Shown here: one piece after another, positions 12,601 to 24,348 of the stretch
How positions within the stretch are numbered: position 1 is the stretch's first letter
How the letters are laid out: the number at the start of each line of letters is the position of its first letter
Assembly (NCBI RefSeq): GCF_001194135.2
Contig: NC_068981.1
Span: 166,122,073-166,186,072 of the forward strand
DNA: 64,000 bases
Direction of reading: 5' to 3'
Source: Octopus bimaculoides
Lineage: Eukaryota
Translations under genes and position numbers: made by a program
The notes under the pieces: model-generated
Told to the model about the DNA's origin: nothing
Seen by the model: only the letters and a program-made list of their open reading frames with translations
The model's database searches: none

Positions 12601-15311
12601 TGATAACCATTATTGGTTTGTTTACATCCCCGTAACTTACCGGTTCAGCAAAATAGACTGAAAGAATAAATAAGGCTTTAAAAAAAATGTTCTGGGGTCA
12701 ATTCATTCGACTGAAAGCTCTTGAAGGCAGTGCCCTACCATAGTCACAGTCTAATGACAAACAAGTAAAAAAAAATAATTCTTACATTTTCTTTAAGTGG
12801 TAATCAATTCTGAAAAATTAGGATGGTGGGGAGGGAAAGCAAATAGAAGTACCAACCTCTAACCCAATTCGCAACCACAAGGAATTGTATGAGAGAATCC
12901 AGTTCAAGATCATCTGTTTCAAACCGATATCAGCATGCACAGGACGATCTTTCCTCATGACCAATCTCTGACTGTCGATTTCCACCTCAAGCCGCTGGAC
13001 AACTTTTACTACGTCCTCAGTTTGAAACATTTTACAGGACAGTTTCCGCAGTCTGTTAAGTCTCTTGCGTGCAGCATAAGCTTCGAAGCTCAACACCTCT
13101 TTGGATGGAGCAAGTCGTGCTTCTTGTTTGGTACTGAACAGTAACGATTTAGCATCAACTAGAAAACAGGAATCAAAAACAATGTTTAGGAAGTAAAATA
13201 TTACAAAACATGTCGATTGGAACTGTACTAGAAAAAAAAAAAAAATTTCTTTCTTGTATTGAAATATTATTGGTCAGAAGTTCAGAGCTTGCTACAACAA
13301 ACAGCTATGTCTTCAAACTAAGAGCATCACTGCCAACTTTATTTTGTCTGTATAGAAAATAAAGCAGCTGAGTTTGATTTCTACATTATGATGGTATGAT
13401 TACAAATAGAATATCCATCTGTATAGATGAACTTGTAGTAATAAGCAACCACTTTCCATGCTGGCATGGGCTGGACAAGATATCACAATCCAAGTCAGTT
13501 CTTATTTAGACTTACTACCCTCCTAGATCAGGCAAGGGACCACATTTCTGTCATATTTATCTCTGACAAGGTTTCTGCAATTGGATGCCCTTCCTAACAC
13601 CGAGTTTATAGAGTTTACTAGAAGCAATTTATTATGACTACAGCACTAGTGAGATTGCCTTGTCCTTCAGAAGGCAAAAGGATCCTCACTGCAACATTGC
13701 CAACAGGAACTGGGATGACAGTATGGAAGAGGAGAGAAAATGAGAGAGACATACTGGAAAGATTAATGAAGAATGACTAATTGAAAGTACATGTTTACTG
13801 GTAAGTTAAGAGATCTTACTAAAATCCTGAACAAAGATACACAAAAATAAGACCATATCGAATTACCTTTGACACATTTTCTGATTTTGTATTCTTCAAC
13901 AGGAGTTAAGATGTAGTTGAACCAATGAGTAAAACTCCATTCTTGTTTCTGCATCCATCTTTCATCATAATAGATATTCTTACTAGCAAATGGCATAGGA
14001 TGTTTTGGAATAACTGATAAAGAAAAAAGGAAAATATGTGAAAATTAATAACAGCTTTTATTTTAATTCATCTGCTTATAAATTACAGAACCTTGTGGTA
14101 TTAAAATAGATATACTCATGTATCCTACCCAGCACTGTCACAGAAAACACTACAGTTTTAAAAAGTGCAATTTCAAATGAGGGAAAGATTAAACAATAAT
14201 TATACAATTATATAACTTTTTCCATGGGTTGGATGGTTTGACAGGAGGTGGCAAGCCAGGGACCTGCACCAGGCTCCAGATGTCTGTTTTGGCATAGTTT
14301 CTATGGATGGATACCCTTCCTAATGCCAACCACTTTACAGAGTGTATTGGGTGTTTTTTACATGGCACCAGCACATTGACGTATTAGAAAAAAGAAAAAC
14401 AGCATCAGACATCAATGGACAATTGGAATCATTTAAAAAACAAATTACATTTTTACCAAAATTTGCATACATAGCTATTTTAAATTACTAAAACTTGATT
14501 AAAAAGCAGGTTCGTTTGTTTATTTCATTTTGCAATTGTTTTTTTATGTTAGCACAGCTTAGACGTGTGCACACAATTGCATAAATGCACATACAAGTGC
14601 ATAAGTGCATATGTGAGTGCATAAATGCACACACAAGTGCATAACAATTGCATAAGTGTGCATGTAAGTGCATAGGTGCGCACACACAAGTGTATAAGTG
14701 CGCACACACACACACACAAGTATACACACAAATACACACATACATACATACATAAGTACACACACACACACACACATACATGCACTGTCACTTTCTCAGA
14801 TGCAGCATGGAATTTTGTCAGTGAACAGGTCGCAGTCTCAAAGCAACGAAAATATTTTGGCAAATTAAATTTAAATGTTGAAGTGAATCTAACGCTTTTT
14901 GTATTTCTTAAAAGGCTTATAAACACCTTTCACGCTGCAATAAAACATACACACACACACATTATATATATATAATGTGTGGCATATAAATGGTTGGCGT
15001 TAGGAAGGGCATCCAGCTGTAGAAACTCTGCCAAATCAGACTGGAGCCTGGTGTTGCCATCCGGTTTCACCAGTCCTCAGTCAAATCGTCCAACCCATGC
15101 TAGCATGGAAAGCGGACGTTAAACGATGATGATGATGATGATGATATTACTCCATAACGTGGATTTGTGGTAAGAAGCTTGCTTCTCAACCTCATGGTTT
15201 CAGATCAGTTTCCTTGCATGACACCTTGGGCAAGTGCCTACTACTATAACCCTGGGTCAAACAAAGACTTGAGTGGATTTAGTGGACAGGAGCCAAAGAA
15301 AAAAACCCATC

Positions 15312-15357
<46 letters not shown>

Positions 15358-18300
15358 NNNNNNNNNNNNNNNNNNNNNNNNNNNNNNNNNNNNNNNNNNN
15401 NNNNNNNNNNNNNNNNNNNNNNNNNNNNNNNNNNNNNNNNNNNNNNNNNNNNNNNNNNNNNNNNNNNNNNNNNNNNNNNNNNNNNNNNNNNNNNNNNNNN
15501 NNNNNNNNNNNNNNNNNNNNNNNNNNNNNNNNNNNNNNNNNNNNNNNNNNNNNNNNNNNNNNNNNNNNNNNNNNNNNNNNNNNNNNNNNNNNNNNNNNNN
15601 NNNNNNNNNNNNNNNNNNNNNNNNNNNNNNNNNNNNNNNNNNNNNNNNNNNNNNNNNNNNNNNNNNNNNNNNNNNNNNNNNNAAAAAAAAAAAAAAAAAG
15701 TACTACATAGAAAGACACTGAGTTTTAATACCACCAGCAGTAATTTCAATTGGCTTAGCTGTATGGCAATTTTAAGTTAAAATTCCATTATCAAAACAAT
15801 ATATTTTTTAACAGGTTTCTGCAAAAATTGTTACAAATCAATGAAACTTACCAGTTTTCTCTCTCTTGCCTAAAATCAGTCTGCTCTGAGCCACAGCTGG
15901 CTTCTTGGGAGACAAAGCCGGTCTTCTCTTCATTTCTGTAATGAAATGGGACCAATTATTTACAGCTATATTATAATAGGTGTTAGATGTGTGGGGATAT
16001 CATATTGCAGATCCAGCCTTATTGTGCAAAATAAAAAATTCATATGACTGGAGTGGGGGCTTCATAGCAAATTAAAAACAATGAAGTAAAAGGAAAAATA
16101 CAATTATATTTATTTCAGTGATAGGACTATGGCTATGATTTGTTCAACTAAAACAGTTTAGAGGGTTTAGTCCAGTGGTTCTCAACCATTTTTTGCCTAT
16201 GAACCCCTTTAATTCCCATTTTGCTTTACTGGACCCTAATATGCATTTGAGGTTTAAAGAAAGTGCTATTATAATTTGATAAATATTAGAATTGTAAAAA
16301 AAATAATTTGTGTACTGTAGAAGTATAACCAATTATATGCACAAATTTTAACAATCTTAAATGGACCCCCTTAAGGGCTATGTAGACCCTGGTTGAGAAG
16401 CACTGGTTTAGTCCAACAAATCAAAGCCAGGATTTATTTTTAAGTCTAGTACTTATTCCATCTGTCTCTTTTGCCAAACTGACAAATCAAAAGGATGTGA
16501 ACAAACCAACACTGCTTTTCGAGAAGTGTGGTGAGCTAACACAGACATATATATACAAAGGGAATCCATAGTGTCCATTAACAAAATTCACTCAAAAGGT
16601 ATTGGTCAACCCAAGACTAAAGTAGAAGACATTTGCCCAAGGTGCAACACACAGAACTGAATCAAAACCCATGCAGTTACAAAACAAGTTTCTTAACCAC
16701 ACAGCCATGAGTGCACCTAAACAGAAATCCCATACAAATACAAATTACAAGTTTGTCAAATTACCCAAAATTTAAGCTTAGAAACCCAAAAAATATAAAT
16801 CAGAGTACTCCAAAAACAGTTTTGAATATTTCACATGAACAAGCTAATTTTCTGCTAGAGAGACAATTAAAAAATAAATTAAGAAAATGCCATTTAAATC
16901 AAACCCCACCACCTCAAGAAAAAATATTTCGTCTTCAGACAAAAATATTTCAACACGGATACTGGTGCCACACAAAAAGCCCCCAGTACACTGTAAAGTG
17001 GTTGGCATTAGCAAGGCCATCCAGCTATAGAAACCATGTCAGAACTGACAATGATACCTAGTGTGGCCCCTGGCCTTACCACCTCCTGTCAAACCATCCA
17101 ACCAATGCATGTAAAATAGATGTATGATGATGAATAACATTAACTTTTACAAAATGCTAGTATAATATGCAGCACATTGGAAAGAAGCCTACACAACTAA
17201 GGTGGTGTAAGAAGGCAGCAAAATGGTTCATTGTTGAAGCATCAGATAAGCTTTGCGAAAATTTGTTCAAATTATATTCAGAGTTCAAATCCAAGTCAAC
17301 TTTGCCTTTCATCCTTTTGGTCATTGTATTAATATATTTGATCTGGAATGAAGCACAGACTCTCGAGCTAAGATAAATTATATAACCAGTGGTCTGCTAT
17401 TGCTAAAAAGGTAACCATGAACAAAATCAATTAGAACAGAAGCTATTAAAATGTGATAGGCTTTTAGATGAGGTTTTAATAAGTAGCTTCTAAAAAAATA
17501 AATAGAGAGTAGATAGAAATAGAGTTTTATAAGCATATCACTCACCTACAGACGATTCCTTAGTAAATCAATGTAATTGAATACTGTAAACTCAAACCTA
17601 TTAATTATTAATTACAATGCAAATAGAGACCATTATGTATATGTTGGTTAATATCCTGTTTGACATGGTCATTACACAACCGATATTTGGAACTCAACAA
17701 AACTGCCATTGAAAAAGATGAAATCTGAACTAATGCCAACTTGGTAGTTGTTAACTAGCCAAAAGAAAAGCAGTTGTCAAAGAGAAAGACTGCAATATAT
17801 TTTGATTGAAAACTAATGATTTCTAATATAAGTACAAGGATACAAATTTGAGAGGAAACAATTATCTCAACCCCAATACTTCATTGATACTTATTTTATG
17901 GGTCCCAAAATGATCTAAATGAAAGTTGACTTTGGCAGGATTTGATGTCAGAACATGAGCAGCAACTAAATACTGCAAAGCATTTTGTCTGTCACTATTG
18001 ACTGCCAATTCATTGGGCTGGATTGAAAAATAAACATTTTAAGTGGCATAGAACACTATTAGCTAATATAAATAGGATTAAAAAATTATGCAATTAAATA
18101 TTTGATTAATTGCCATTTTAAATTCAGTGTTAAGTTCAACATTCACTTTTATTGAACTGGTTTACAAGGATATGTTCAAACTGCTCATTAACACCCAACA
18201 CTTATCCCATTATGATCCCATAAGGGAATCTATGTAGTCACACTATCAGCTAGAAATAGCAGTTGAACCATAACCCTCCCACACCATAAAAAAATGAAGG

Positions 18301-21300
18301 TCATACTGGTTGGTGTAGTTTCATCATCATTTAACACCTGCCTTCCATGCTGGTATGGGTGAGACAGTTTGACAGGAGCTGGCCAGGCAGAAGCCTGCAC
18401 GATTTTTACAGTTGGAGGCCCTTCCTAACACCAACCACCCAGCAGAGTGAACTTAGTGCATTTTACATGGCTACATGTTATATAAATAGATTTGGCATCA
18501 TTTCTAAGAACAGCCAAACACCTACTGGGGTTTAAAAATCTTATCCCTACAACCCAAACACAAAATTACTCAAATATCATCATTTCTAAAGATAGATTTG
18601 ACATCAATTCTAAAAATAGCCAAACACCTACTGCTGCTGTCCAAAGGAATTGGTATAAAAGACAGAAAACCAGCCAACTTATTACAGTCTGTTAAAGTCT
18701 GTCATACCGGCCATGACGAAGGGAAATAGCCCTGAAACTCGAGTCGCCTTTATATATTTATATTTATATATTTGATCCTTTATATTGAACACTCAATATT
18801 TCATNNNNNNNNNNNNNNNNNNNNNNNNNNNNNNNNNNNNNNNNNNNNNNNNNNNNNNNNNNNNNNNNNNNNNNNNNNNNNNNNNNNNNNNNNNNNNNNN
18901 NNNNNNNNNNNNNNNNNNNNNNNNNNNNNNNNNNNNNNNNNNNNNNNNNNNNNNNNNNNNNNNNNNNNNNNNNNNNNNNNNNNNNNNNNNNNNNNNNNNN
19001 NNNNNNNNNNNNNNNNNNNNNNNNNNNNNNNNNNNNNNNNNNNNNNNNNNNNNNNNNNNNNNNNNNNNNNNNNNNNNNNNNNNNNNNNNNNNNNNNNNNN
19101 NNNNNNNNNNNNNNNNNNNNNNNNNNNNNNNNNNNNNNNNNNNNNNNNNNNNNNNNNNNNNNNNNNNNNNNNNNNNNNNNNNNNNNNNNNNNNNNNNNNN
19201 NNNNNNNNNNNNNNNNNNNNNNNNNNNNNNNNNNNNNNNNNNNNNNNNNNNNNNNNNNNNNNNNNNNNNNNNNNNNNNNNNNNNNNNNNNNNNNNNNNNN
19301 NNNNNNNNNNNNNNNNNNNNNNNNNNNNNNNNNNNNNNNNNNNNNNNNNNNNNNNNNNNNNNNNNNNNNNNNNNNNNNNNNNNNNNNNNNNNNNNNNNNN
19401 NNNNNNNNNNNNNNNNNNNNNNNNNNNNNNNNNNNNNNNNNNNNNNNNNNNNNNNNNNNNNNNNNNNNNNNNNNNNNNNNNNNNNNNNNNNNNNNNNNNN
19501 NNNNNNNNNNNNNNNNNNNNNNNNNNNNNNNNNNNNNNNNNNNNNNNNNNNNNNNNNNNNNNNNNNNNNNNNNNNNNNNNNNNNNNNNNNNNNNNNNNNN
19601 NNNNNNNCATACATACTTTTCTTTGTATGACGGCCTGTCTTTGATTATGTTCTTATATGTCGCATTCACACTCACACACAGACATACATTTTAACGCCAT
19701 AATAAATATCACTGTTATTCATCTTATATGGTTGTGGTCATTCATTACTGGTCATCTATGTTATCGTCGTATAACATATCATGTATATCATCATTTGATA
19801 TATATTTTTGTGTTCGACCGTGTGACACGTTTAAATAAAAGGAGTCCTCTGTTTCTTCCATTCGTCACCATATCTCCTTTTTGAGTTCGCACGGTCGTTC
19901 CTTACAAATATAAATAAAACATAAAAAACAGACAGTGTTGGAACTCTTTTAAACAAAATAATATATTCCTCTATACACAATCATACAAAAAACCCACCTT
20001 TTTTTGTATTTATTTTTACTCGCATATATATATATATATATATCCCAAACTACATTAACCAGTATTAAAAAAGTGAATGCTAGAACTCATGATCAAAGTT
20101 GACTTTGAGCTAAACAACTACTACCACCACCAACCAATCCTACAATGTTAGAATTATAAATTAATTGTAATTTTCTACATTATTTCTATACAGAAATAAT
20201 CTTTTGTACTATAGGTACAAGGCATGACATTTTTGGGGAGGGGTTAGTCAATTACATTAACCCCACAGTGCTCAAATGGTCCTTATTTTATCAACTCCAA
20301 AAGCGATTACATTGACCCCACAGTACTCAACTCGTCCTTATTTCATCGACACTGAAAGGATGAAAGGCAAAGTCAAACTCAAAATGTAACAATTTTTCTG
20401 GCACTTTTTCTGGCATGCTAACAATTATGCCAGTTCAATCACCTTGATAATAATGCAGCCTGTGTAACTAACCAACAAAAAAGGTTGGAATAAACAGCAG
20501 CTTTTGATTTCTACCAGTCTACAATTTTCTCTTATACATTAGCATAGATGGAATAATGTTCACAAATTTGACAGATCTTTGTTGTCTGAGGTATTGTTTT
20601 TACAGTTTAATGCCTTTCCCAGTGCTGACCAATCAACTGTGAAGCAAGGGTGGAACAAGGCACACAGCTTAACTGCTTTGTTACCATATTTCTTCTGTGT
20701 TTTAATTAATAAAATATCAAAAAAATGGGAGGATTTATTAAAATAATTGTCCATTCAAAGATGGTGTTTGGACTATAACTTATGGGGATCTTACATAAAA
20801 TTATGAGAGAGTGTTTTAGTTTGAACACGAACACTTTGAAGCAGGTAAAACTAAAGTATCTCAAGAGTTAGGACAAAAATAATCCTTTCAGTATAAATCC
20901 ACTTGCTCTATGATATAAACCATGTTTAAAAGTAACCTAAAAACCTTCCATCAAATTTTCATGTTAATTTATGTTCCAAAGACCAGATTAATAATGACAA
21001 AGTGATTCTAAGTTCTTCATTTCCAAAATAAACTGAAACAAAAGCAGTGTATTTCTACATAAATATGATAGTGAAAGGGTTATATATTTAATGCAGGGAG
21101 CATTTTAAAATACTATAAATAGTGATGAGTGGGGTGGATATTAATTAGTCAATGGTTTTAAGATTTATTTTTCCAACAAGTATAGAAGATAACTCTGAAT
21201 TAAGTAAAACATAACTTTCATTGCAGACATCCTGATGAAGTGATGAAAGAATCACTGTTTCAAGTTGTACATTGTTAACAAGGAAATTAAAATGACTGCA

Positions 21301-24300
21301 AAATTAAATTCAGAGACCATTCTCATCAAAAATTTTATTAATGCATGGGGCATTAAAATGCTTACTTGAAGTAAATTAAAAAATGTCTTTAACTTTGCCC
21401 AAGTGGCACAAAACAAGAACTCCAGTAAAACAAACCTCTGGATCAAATGTCAGTAGGACCCTAGGGAACTGCTGAATCTAATGAGAAAAACTGTACCAAA
21501 GAAACCACAGTCAAACAAACCTCAAACCAAACGCCACTTAAGCCTTCTAATACCATATTTCTGTTAAAATACACTGCTTTTATTTCAATTAATTTTGAAA
21601 ATAAAAAATTTGGTAATTTAACTTTGTCATTAATACATTGATGTTTGGAACATAAATTAAGAAATTTTGACAGGTTTTTAGATTTCTTTAAAACAGGAAA
21701 TTTGAATCAGAACTACAGGTGGTTTTGGGTGAGTTGGTATTAAAAGGGTTAAAGAAAGGGCCACTAGGTAAAGTAGTCAGATATACAAAACGGGAGGTTG
21801 GACAGGGGTGAACTGTCAGACTATAGTCACAGGTATGGCTGTGGGGTTAGAACATTCACTTTGCAATAATGTGGTTCCAGAATTGGCCCCACTGAGCCTT
21901 ACAACTGAAATTTTGGTGGTCAGAAGCCTATCTGATGTATTGATACACATCTACAGGTGCAGGCATAGCCATGTGGTAAGAAGTTTGCTTCCAAACCACA
22001 TAATTCTAGGATCAGGCTCACTGTGTGGCACTCTGGACAAGTGTCTTCTATAGTCCTGGGCCAACCAAAGCCTTGCGAGTGAATTTGGTAGATGGAAACA
22101 AAGAAGCCCGTCATGTATGTAAGTGTGTGCGTGCGTGTGCGATATACACAAACACGTATATATTATATATATATGTCTGTGTCCCCACCACCACCACCAC
22201 TTGACAACCAATGTTGGTGTGTTTACATCCCCATAACAGTTCAGCAAAAGGGGCTGATAGAATAAATGCCAAGCCTAAAAGGAAAAAATAAGAACTGGGG
22301 TAGATTCCTTCAACTAAACTTCAAGGCAGTGATTCAGCACATCTGCAGTCTAATGGCTGGAACAAGCGATCAAAGATATATGCACTCATGCATGGATAGC
22401 TTTATAATAAACAAAAATTACAAAATAAATCAGTGCAAACAAATTTTCTGGTACTTCCATCCCGTCTCTTGACACCAAAGCTTACATTGCCCTTCAGCTC
22501 ACATTGGATTGATAAAATAATTGCATCAAATTTCAAAGTACTGAACTCAATTTTACTAAAACTTTTAGAAAGGTCCCAGGATGGATGTAGTACAATGACT
22601 GAAACAAGTCGTACTTCTTCCATGCTGGGATGTAGAATAAACAGACAAAAAAAAAAAAGTGTCTACTTGATCAGAGCTGATCTGAAGTTATATAAGCACA
22701 GGTGTGGCTGTGTTAAGATGCTTGCTTGCAACCACATGGTTTCAGGTTCAGTGCAACTGCATGACACCTTGGGCAAGTGTCTTCTACAATAGCCCTAGAC
22801 TGACCAATGCTTTGTGAGTGAATTAGGTATATGGAAGCCTATCATACACGTGTATGATAGGCTTTCTCCTCCAACCACTGCTTGACAACTGGTATTGCTT
22901 CATTTATATCCAACTAACTTAGCAATTAAGCAAATGAGTAATAGAATAATGAGTAGTGGGGCCAATTTGTTTAACCCTTCATGGGAGTGCTCCAACATGG
23001 CTATAGTCCAATAACCGAAAGAAAAAGATATAAAAAGAGGAGACTCACCAGTTTTCTCCTTTTCACAAGGAGCCTTCTCTGTACTTTGTGTAACTCTTTT
23101 AGCAGTTCTCACTTTATAACTTGATATTCTGTCATTCTTCGGAGTAGTATTGGCTCTGATAACTTTACAGTTCACAGGAATTTTCCCCACAGGAAATGGC
23201 TTCTTCTCACAACAAAATAGACTTTTTTTCTTCAGTGCTCCAGCTTTACAAAGAATCTTTGGTTCTTTGATAACATGTGTAGATCTTCTAGAAATAGATG
23301 TATCTTGTGCTGAAAGCATAGGAGTTTGATGAAGATCATAAATAATTTCCGAATTGGGAGAGGAGTACCTGCTATTTAAGGAGTCTGAAGATAAACCATT
23401 GTCAGATTTAGGAGATGCTTGTTTTTCAATGCGAGTTAATTCAGAAGGGTGTCCAAGTTGAGAAAGCACTTCGAGTTTTGCATTATCTTCTCTATCTTCC
23501 CTTTGGCACACATCTTGAAAACCATTACCTGAACATTCATTTGGCAACAGTAAGTTCGATCTGTTAGGACAAGCAGAAGTTTGGTGGTGACTTTCAATGG
23601 GAGAACTTGTCAGGAGGAAATTTGTTTGAATAGGGCTCACACTGTTAATGCTGAGGGTTGTATTTTTAATAGAATTATCATAGACATGAGGAGGAGATAG
23701 TTGTGGTGGAGAAAAAGAAGTTACCACTGGTAAGGAACCACTTGAAGTTGGAGATTTTTTTAATTTGTTTTTCCAGCTCCTCCGTTTTTGCTTTTTTACC
23801 AAATAAGTTTCCCGACGAGGACTCTGTTTACAAAATGATGGCCCAATGACTTCATCTGCCATCTGTTTTTGGCGCTTGGTTGTGACATAACTGTGTTGAT
23901 ATTCATTTGCACTTTCAGCACTTTCTACAGTTACATTCCTCACACATGTTAATACTGCCACCTCATTGTCAATTTCTATAGTTTTGTTTTCTGGTGAGTC
24001 TTCATAGGGCACACAGATAACATTCTTAGAGATGGATGAAATTTCCTGTACTGAATACTCAGTTTGTAATTCCAAATTTGTATTGACATTCATACAAGAA
24101 ACAGAATCATTTTTCTTGGAAGAGTAATTCTTGACAGTACACTGATTTGGTGAAATTCTATTCTTTGCAACCATCTTGGTAGAAGGTGGTACTGTATTTT
24201 CTCGATTGGAAATTGTCTTGTTCTGAGTTCGTTTGGAGGAAACAGTCTTATACTGAATCTCTGTTGAGTTGTAAGACTTTAAATTTGTCAAATTTGGTGT

Positions 24301-24348
24301 ATGTAGAACAGAGAATGGCGTTTTCACACTCGACATGATTCCCCTGAC
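1..24348 (-). CDS. ASPM: ASPM / abnormal spindle protein, multi-exon gene model (16 coding exons in window; 3' end runs off position 1; 5' end uncertain)
   Basis: Manually joined exons have consistent phases and give one continuous protein with diagnostic ASPM motifs recalled from vertebrate ASPM: [109 protein letters not shown], then tandem IQ motifs. Exons: 24348-23049, 15935-15852, 14013-13867, 13158-12857, 12141-12000, 11156-11026, 10395-10220, 8702-8557, 8412-8330, 7934-7823, 6912-6812, 5667-5472, 5339-5266, 4809-4609, 4486-2322, 634-<1. Confidence 0.95.
2322..4486 (-). CDS. ASPM: ASPM long non-IQ exon containing the 12-aa tandem repeat (two N-gaps inside)
   Basis: Acceptor TTTATTTGGTTTAG|ATG at 4487; 974 nt open to the first gap at 3512. 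After the gaps, open to donor GATCAG|GTAAAT at 2321. Phase 0-0 fits both neighbours. Frame across the gaps cannot be verified. Confidence 0.75.
2640..3725 (-). repeat. Coding minisatellite: 36-bp unit (CAGTGGAGCCATTTTGCGGAAGAACACGGTGATCGT on +) with 33-bp degenerate edge units
   Basis: Read directly. About 13-14 36-bp units are visible, plus about five 33-bp edge units; N-gaps at 2858-2867 and 3107-3512. Confidence 0.95.
4609..4809 (-). CDS. ASPM: ASPM exon ([11 protein letters not shown]...DEKVVITY...[12 protein letters not shown]), end of CH2 plus first IQ motif
   Basis: Acceptor ATTTTAG, donor AGG|GTAATT; 201 bp, phase 0-0. Confidence 0.95.
5266..5339 (-). CDS. ASPM: ASPM exon ([25 protein letters not shown])
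   Basis: Acceptor TTGTTTCAG, donor AAA|GTAAGT; 74 bp, phase 1-0. Confidence 0.92.
5472..5667 (-). CDS. ASPM: ASPM exon ([23 protein letters not shown]...)
   Basis: Acceptor ATTTCAG, donor CTA|GTAAGT; 196 bp, phase 0-1. Confidence 0.95.
6812..6912 (-). CDS. ASPM: ASPM exon (...[16 protein letters not shown]), start of second CH domain
   Basis: Acceptor ATTTCAG, donor CAG|GTAATA; 101 bp, phase 1-0. Confidence 0.92.
7823..7934 (-). CDS. ASPM: ASPM exon ([19 protein letters not shown]...)
   Basis: Acceptor CTTTTCAG, donor CAA|GTAAGT; 112 bp, phase 0-1. Confidence 0.92.
8330..8412 (-). CDS. ASPM: ASPM exon ([28 protein letters not shown])
   Basis: Acceptor ATTTCAG, donor CAG|GTAATT; 83 bp, phase 1-0; CH-domain signature. 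Confidence 0.95.
8557..8702 (-). CDS. ASPM: ASPM exon ([30 protein letters not shown]...)
   Basis: Acceptor TTTGTTTAG, donor AAAG|GTAACT; 146 bp, phase 2-1. Confidence 0.95.
9839..10050. mobile_element. piggyBac-type MITE (TTAA target duplication)
   Basis: TTAA-CCCTTTAG...CTAAAGGG-TTAA termini at 9835-9838 and 10051-10054. Confidence 0.75.
10220..10395 (-). CDS. ASPM: ASPM exon (ASKNLLY...[18 protein letters not shown]), start of CH domain
   Basis: Acceptor TTTCCACAG, donor AAC|GTAAGG; 176 bp, phase 0-2. Confidence 0.95.
11026..11156 (-). CDS. ASPM: ASPM exon ([13 protein letters not shown]...[13 protein letters not shown]), GC donor
   Basis: Acceptor TTTGTCAG; 131 bp, phase 1-0; donor AAG|GCAAGC (GC-AG intron). 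Confidence 0.93.
12000..12141 (-). CDS. ASPM: ASPM exon (MVFGEILL...[11 protein letters not shown])
   Basis: Acceptor ATTACAG, donor AAG|GTAGCG; 142 bp, phase 0-1. Confidence 0.95.
12857..13158 (-). CDS. ASPM: ASPM exon (...[22 protein letters not shown]...[11 protein letters not shown])
   Basis: Acceptor TTTTCTAG, donor GAG|GTTGGT; 302 bp, phase 1-0. Confidence 0.95.
13867..14013 (-). CDS. ASPM: ASPM exon ([38 protein letters not shown]...)
   Basis: Acceptor CTTTATCAG, donor AAAG|GTAATT; 147 bp, phase 1-1; strong ASPM motif. Confidence 0.95.
14540..14780. repeat. Degenerate TGCA/CA-rich minisatellite grading into (CA)n
   Basis: Repeated GTGCATAA(A/G)TGCAC units; source of the C/V/H/Y/M-rich spurious ORFs at 14488-14975. 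Confidence 0.85.
15852..15935 (-). CDS. ASPM: ASPM exon ([29 protein letters not shown])
   Basis: Acceptor CATTACAG, donor G|GTAAGT; 84 bp, phase 1-1, open; basic S-P-K-K motif. Confidence 0.8.
16173..16405. mobile_element. hAT-type MITE with perfect 8-bp TSD
   Basis: TIRs CAGTGGTTCTCAACCA / TGGTTGAGAAGCACTG (15/16 match); GTTTAGTC duplicated at 16165-16172 and 16406-16413. Confidence 0.9.
18709..18748 (+). ncRNA. Penelope-type minimal type I hammerhead ribozyme motif with a 1-nt insertion in the core
   Basis: GGC (stem I) - C[A]TGACGA - AGGG aaatag CCCT (stem II) - GAA - ACTCGAGT (palindromic stem III) - C (GUC cleavage triplet) - GCC (stem I). Confidence 0.65.
21542..21748. mobile_element. 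piggyBac-type MITE, same family as 42565-42781 in the opposite orientation
   Basis: TTAA-bounded; the reverse complement of its right end (CCCTTTTAATACCAACTCACCCAAAACCACC) resembles the start of the 42.6-kb copy. Confidence 0.6.
23049..24348 (-). CDS. ASPM: ASPM large N-terminal exon (S/T/K/N-rich low complexity; first ATG at 24336, MSSVKTPF...)
   Basis: Core of the 500-aa ORF. Acceptor TTTTTCTTTCAG|GTC at 24349; donor ACTG|GTGAGT at 23048; 1300 bp, phase 0 to 1, matching the next exon. Confidence 0.85.

Noticed and set aside
17546-17585. Possible small ASPM exon ending in a GTGAG donor
   Set aside because: Stop codons in all three frames; the model is phase-consistent without it.
21231-21262. 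CTGATGA followed by a 6-bp hairpin (AGTGAT/ATCACT) as a second hammerhead
   Set aside because: The stem is followed by GTTT instead of GAAA, and there is no stem III or cleavage triplet.
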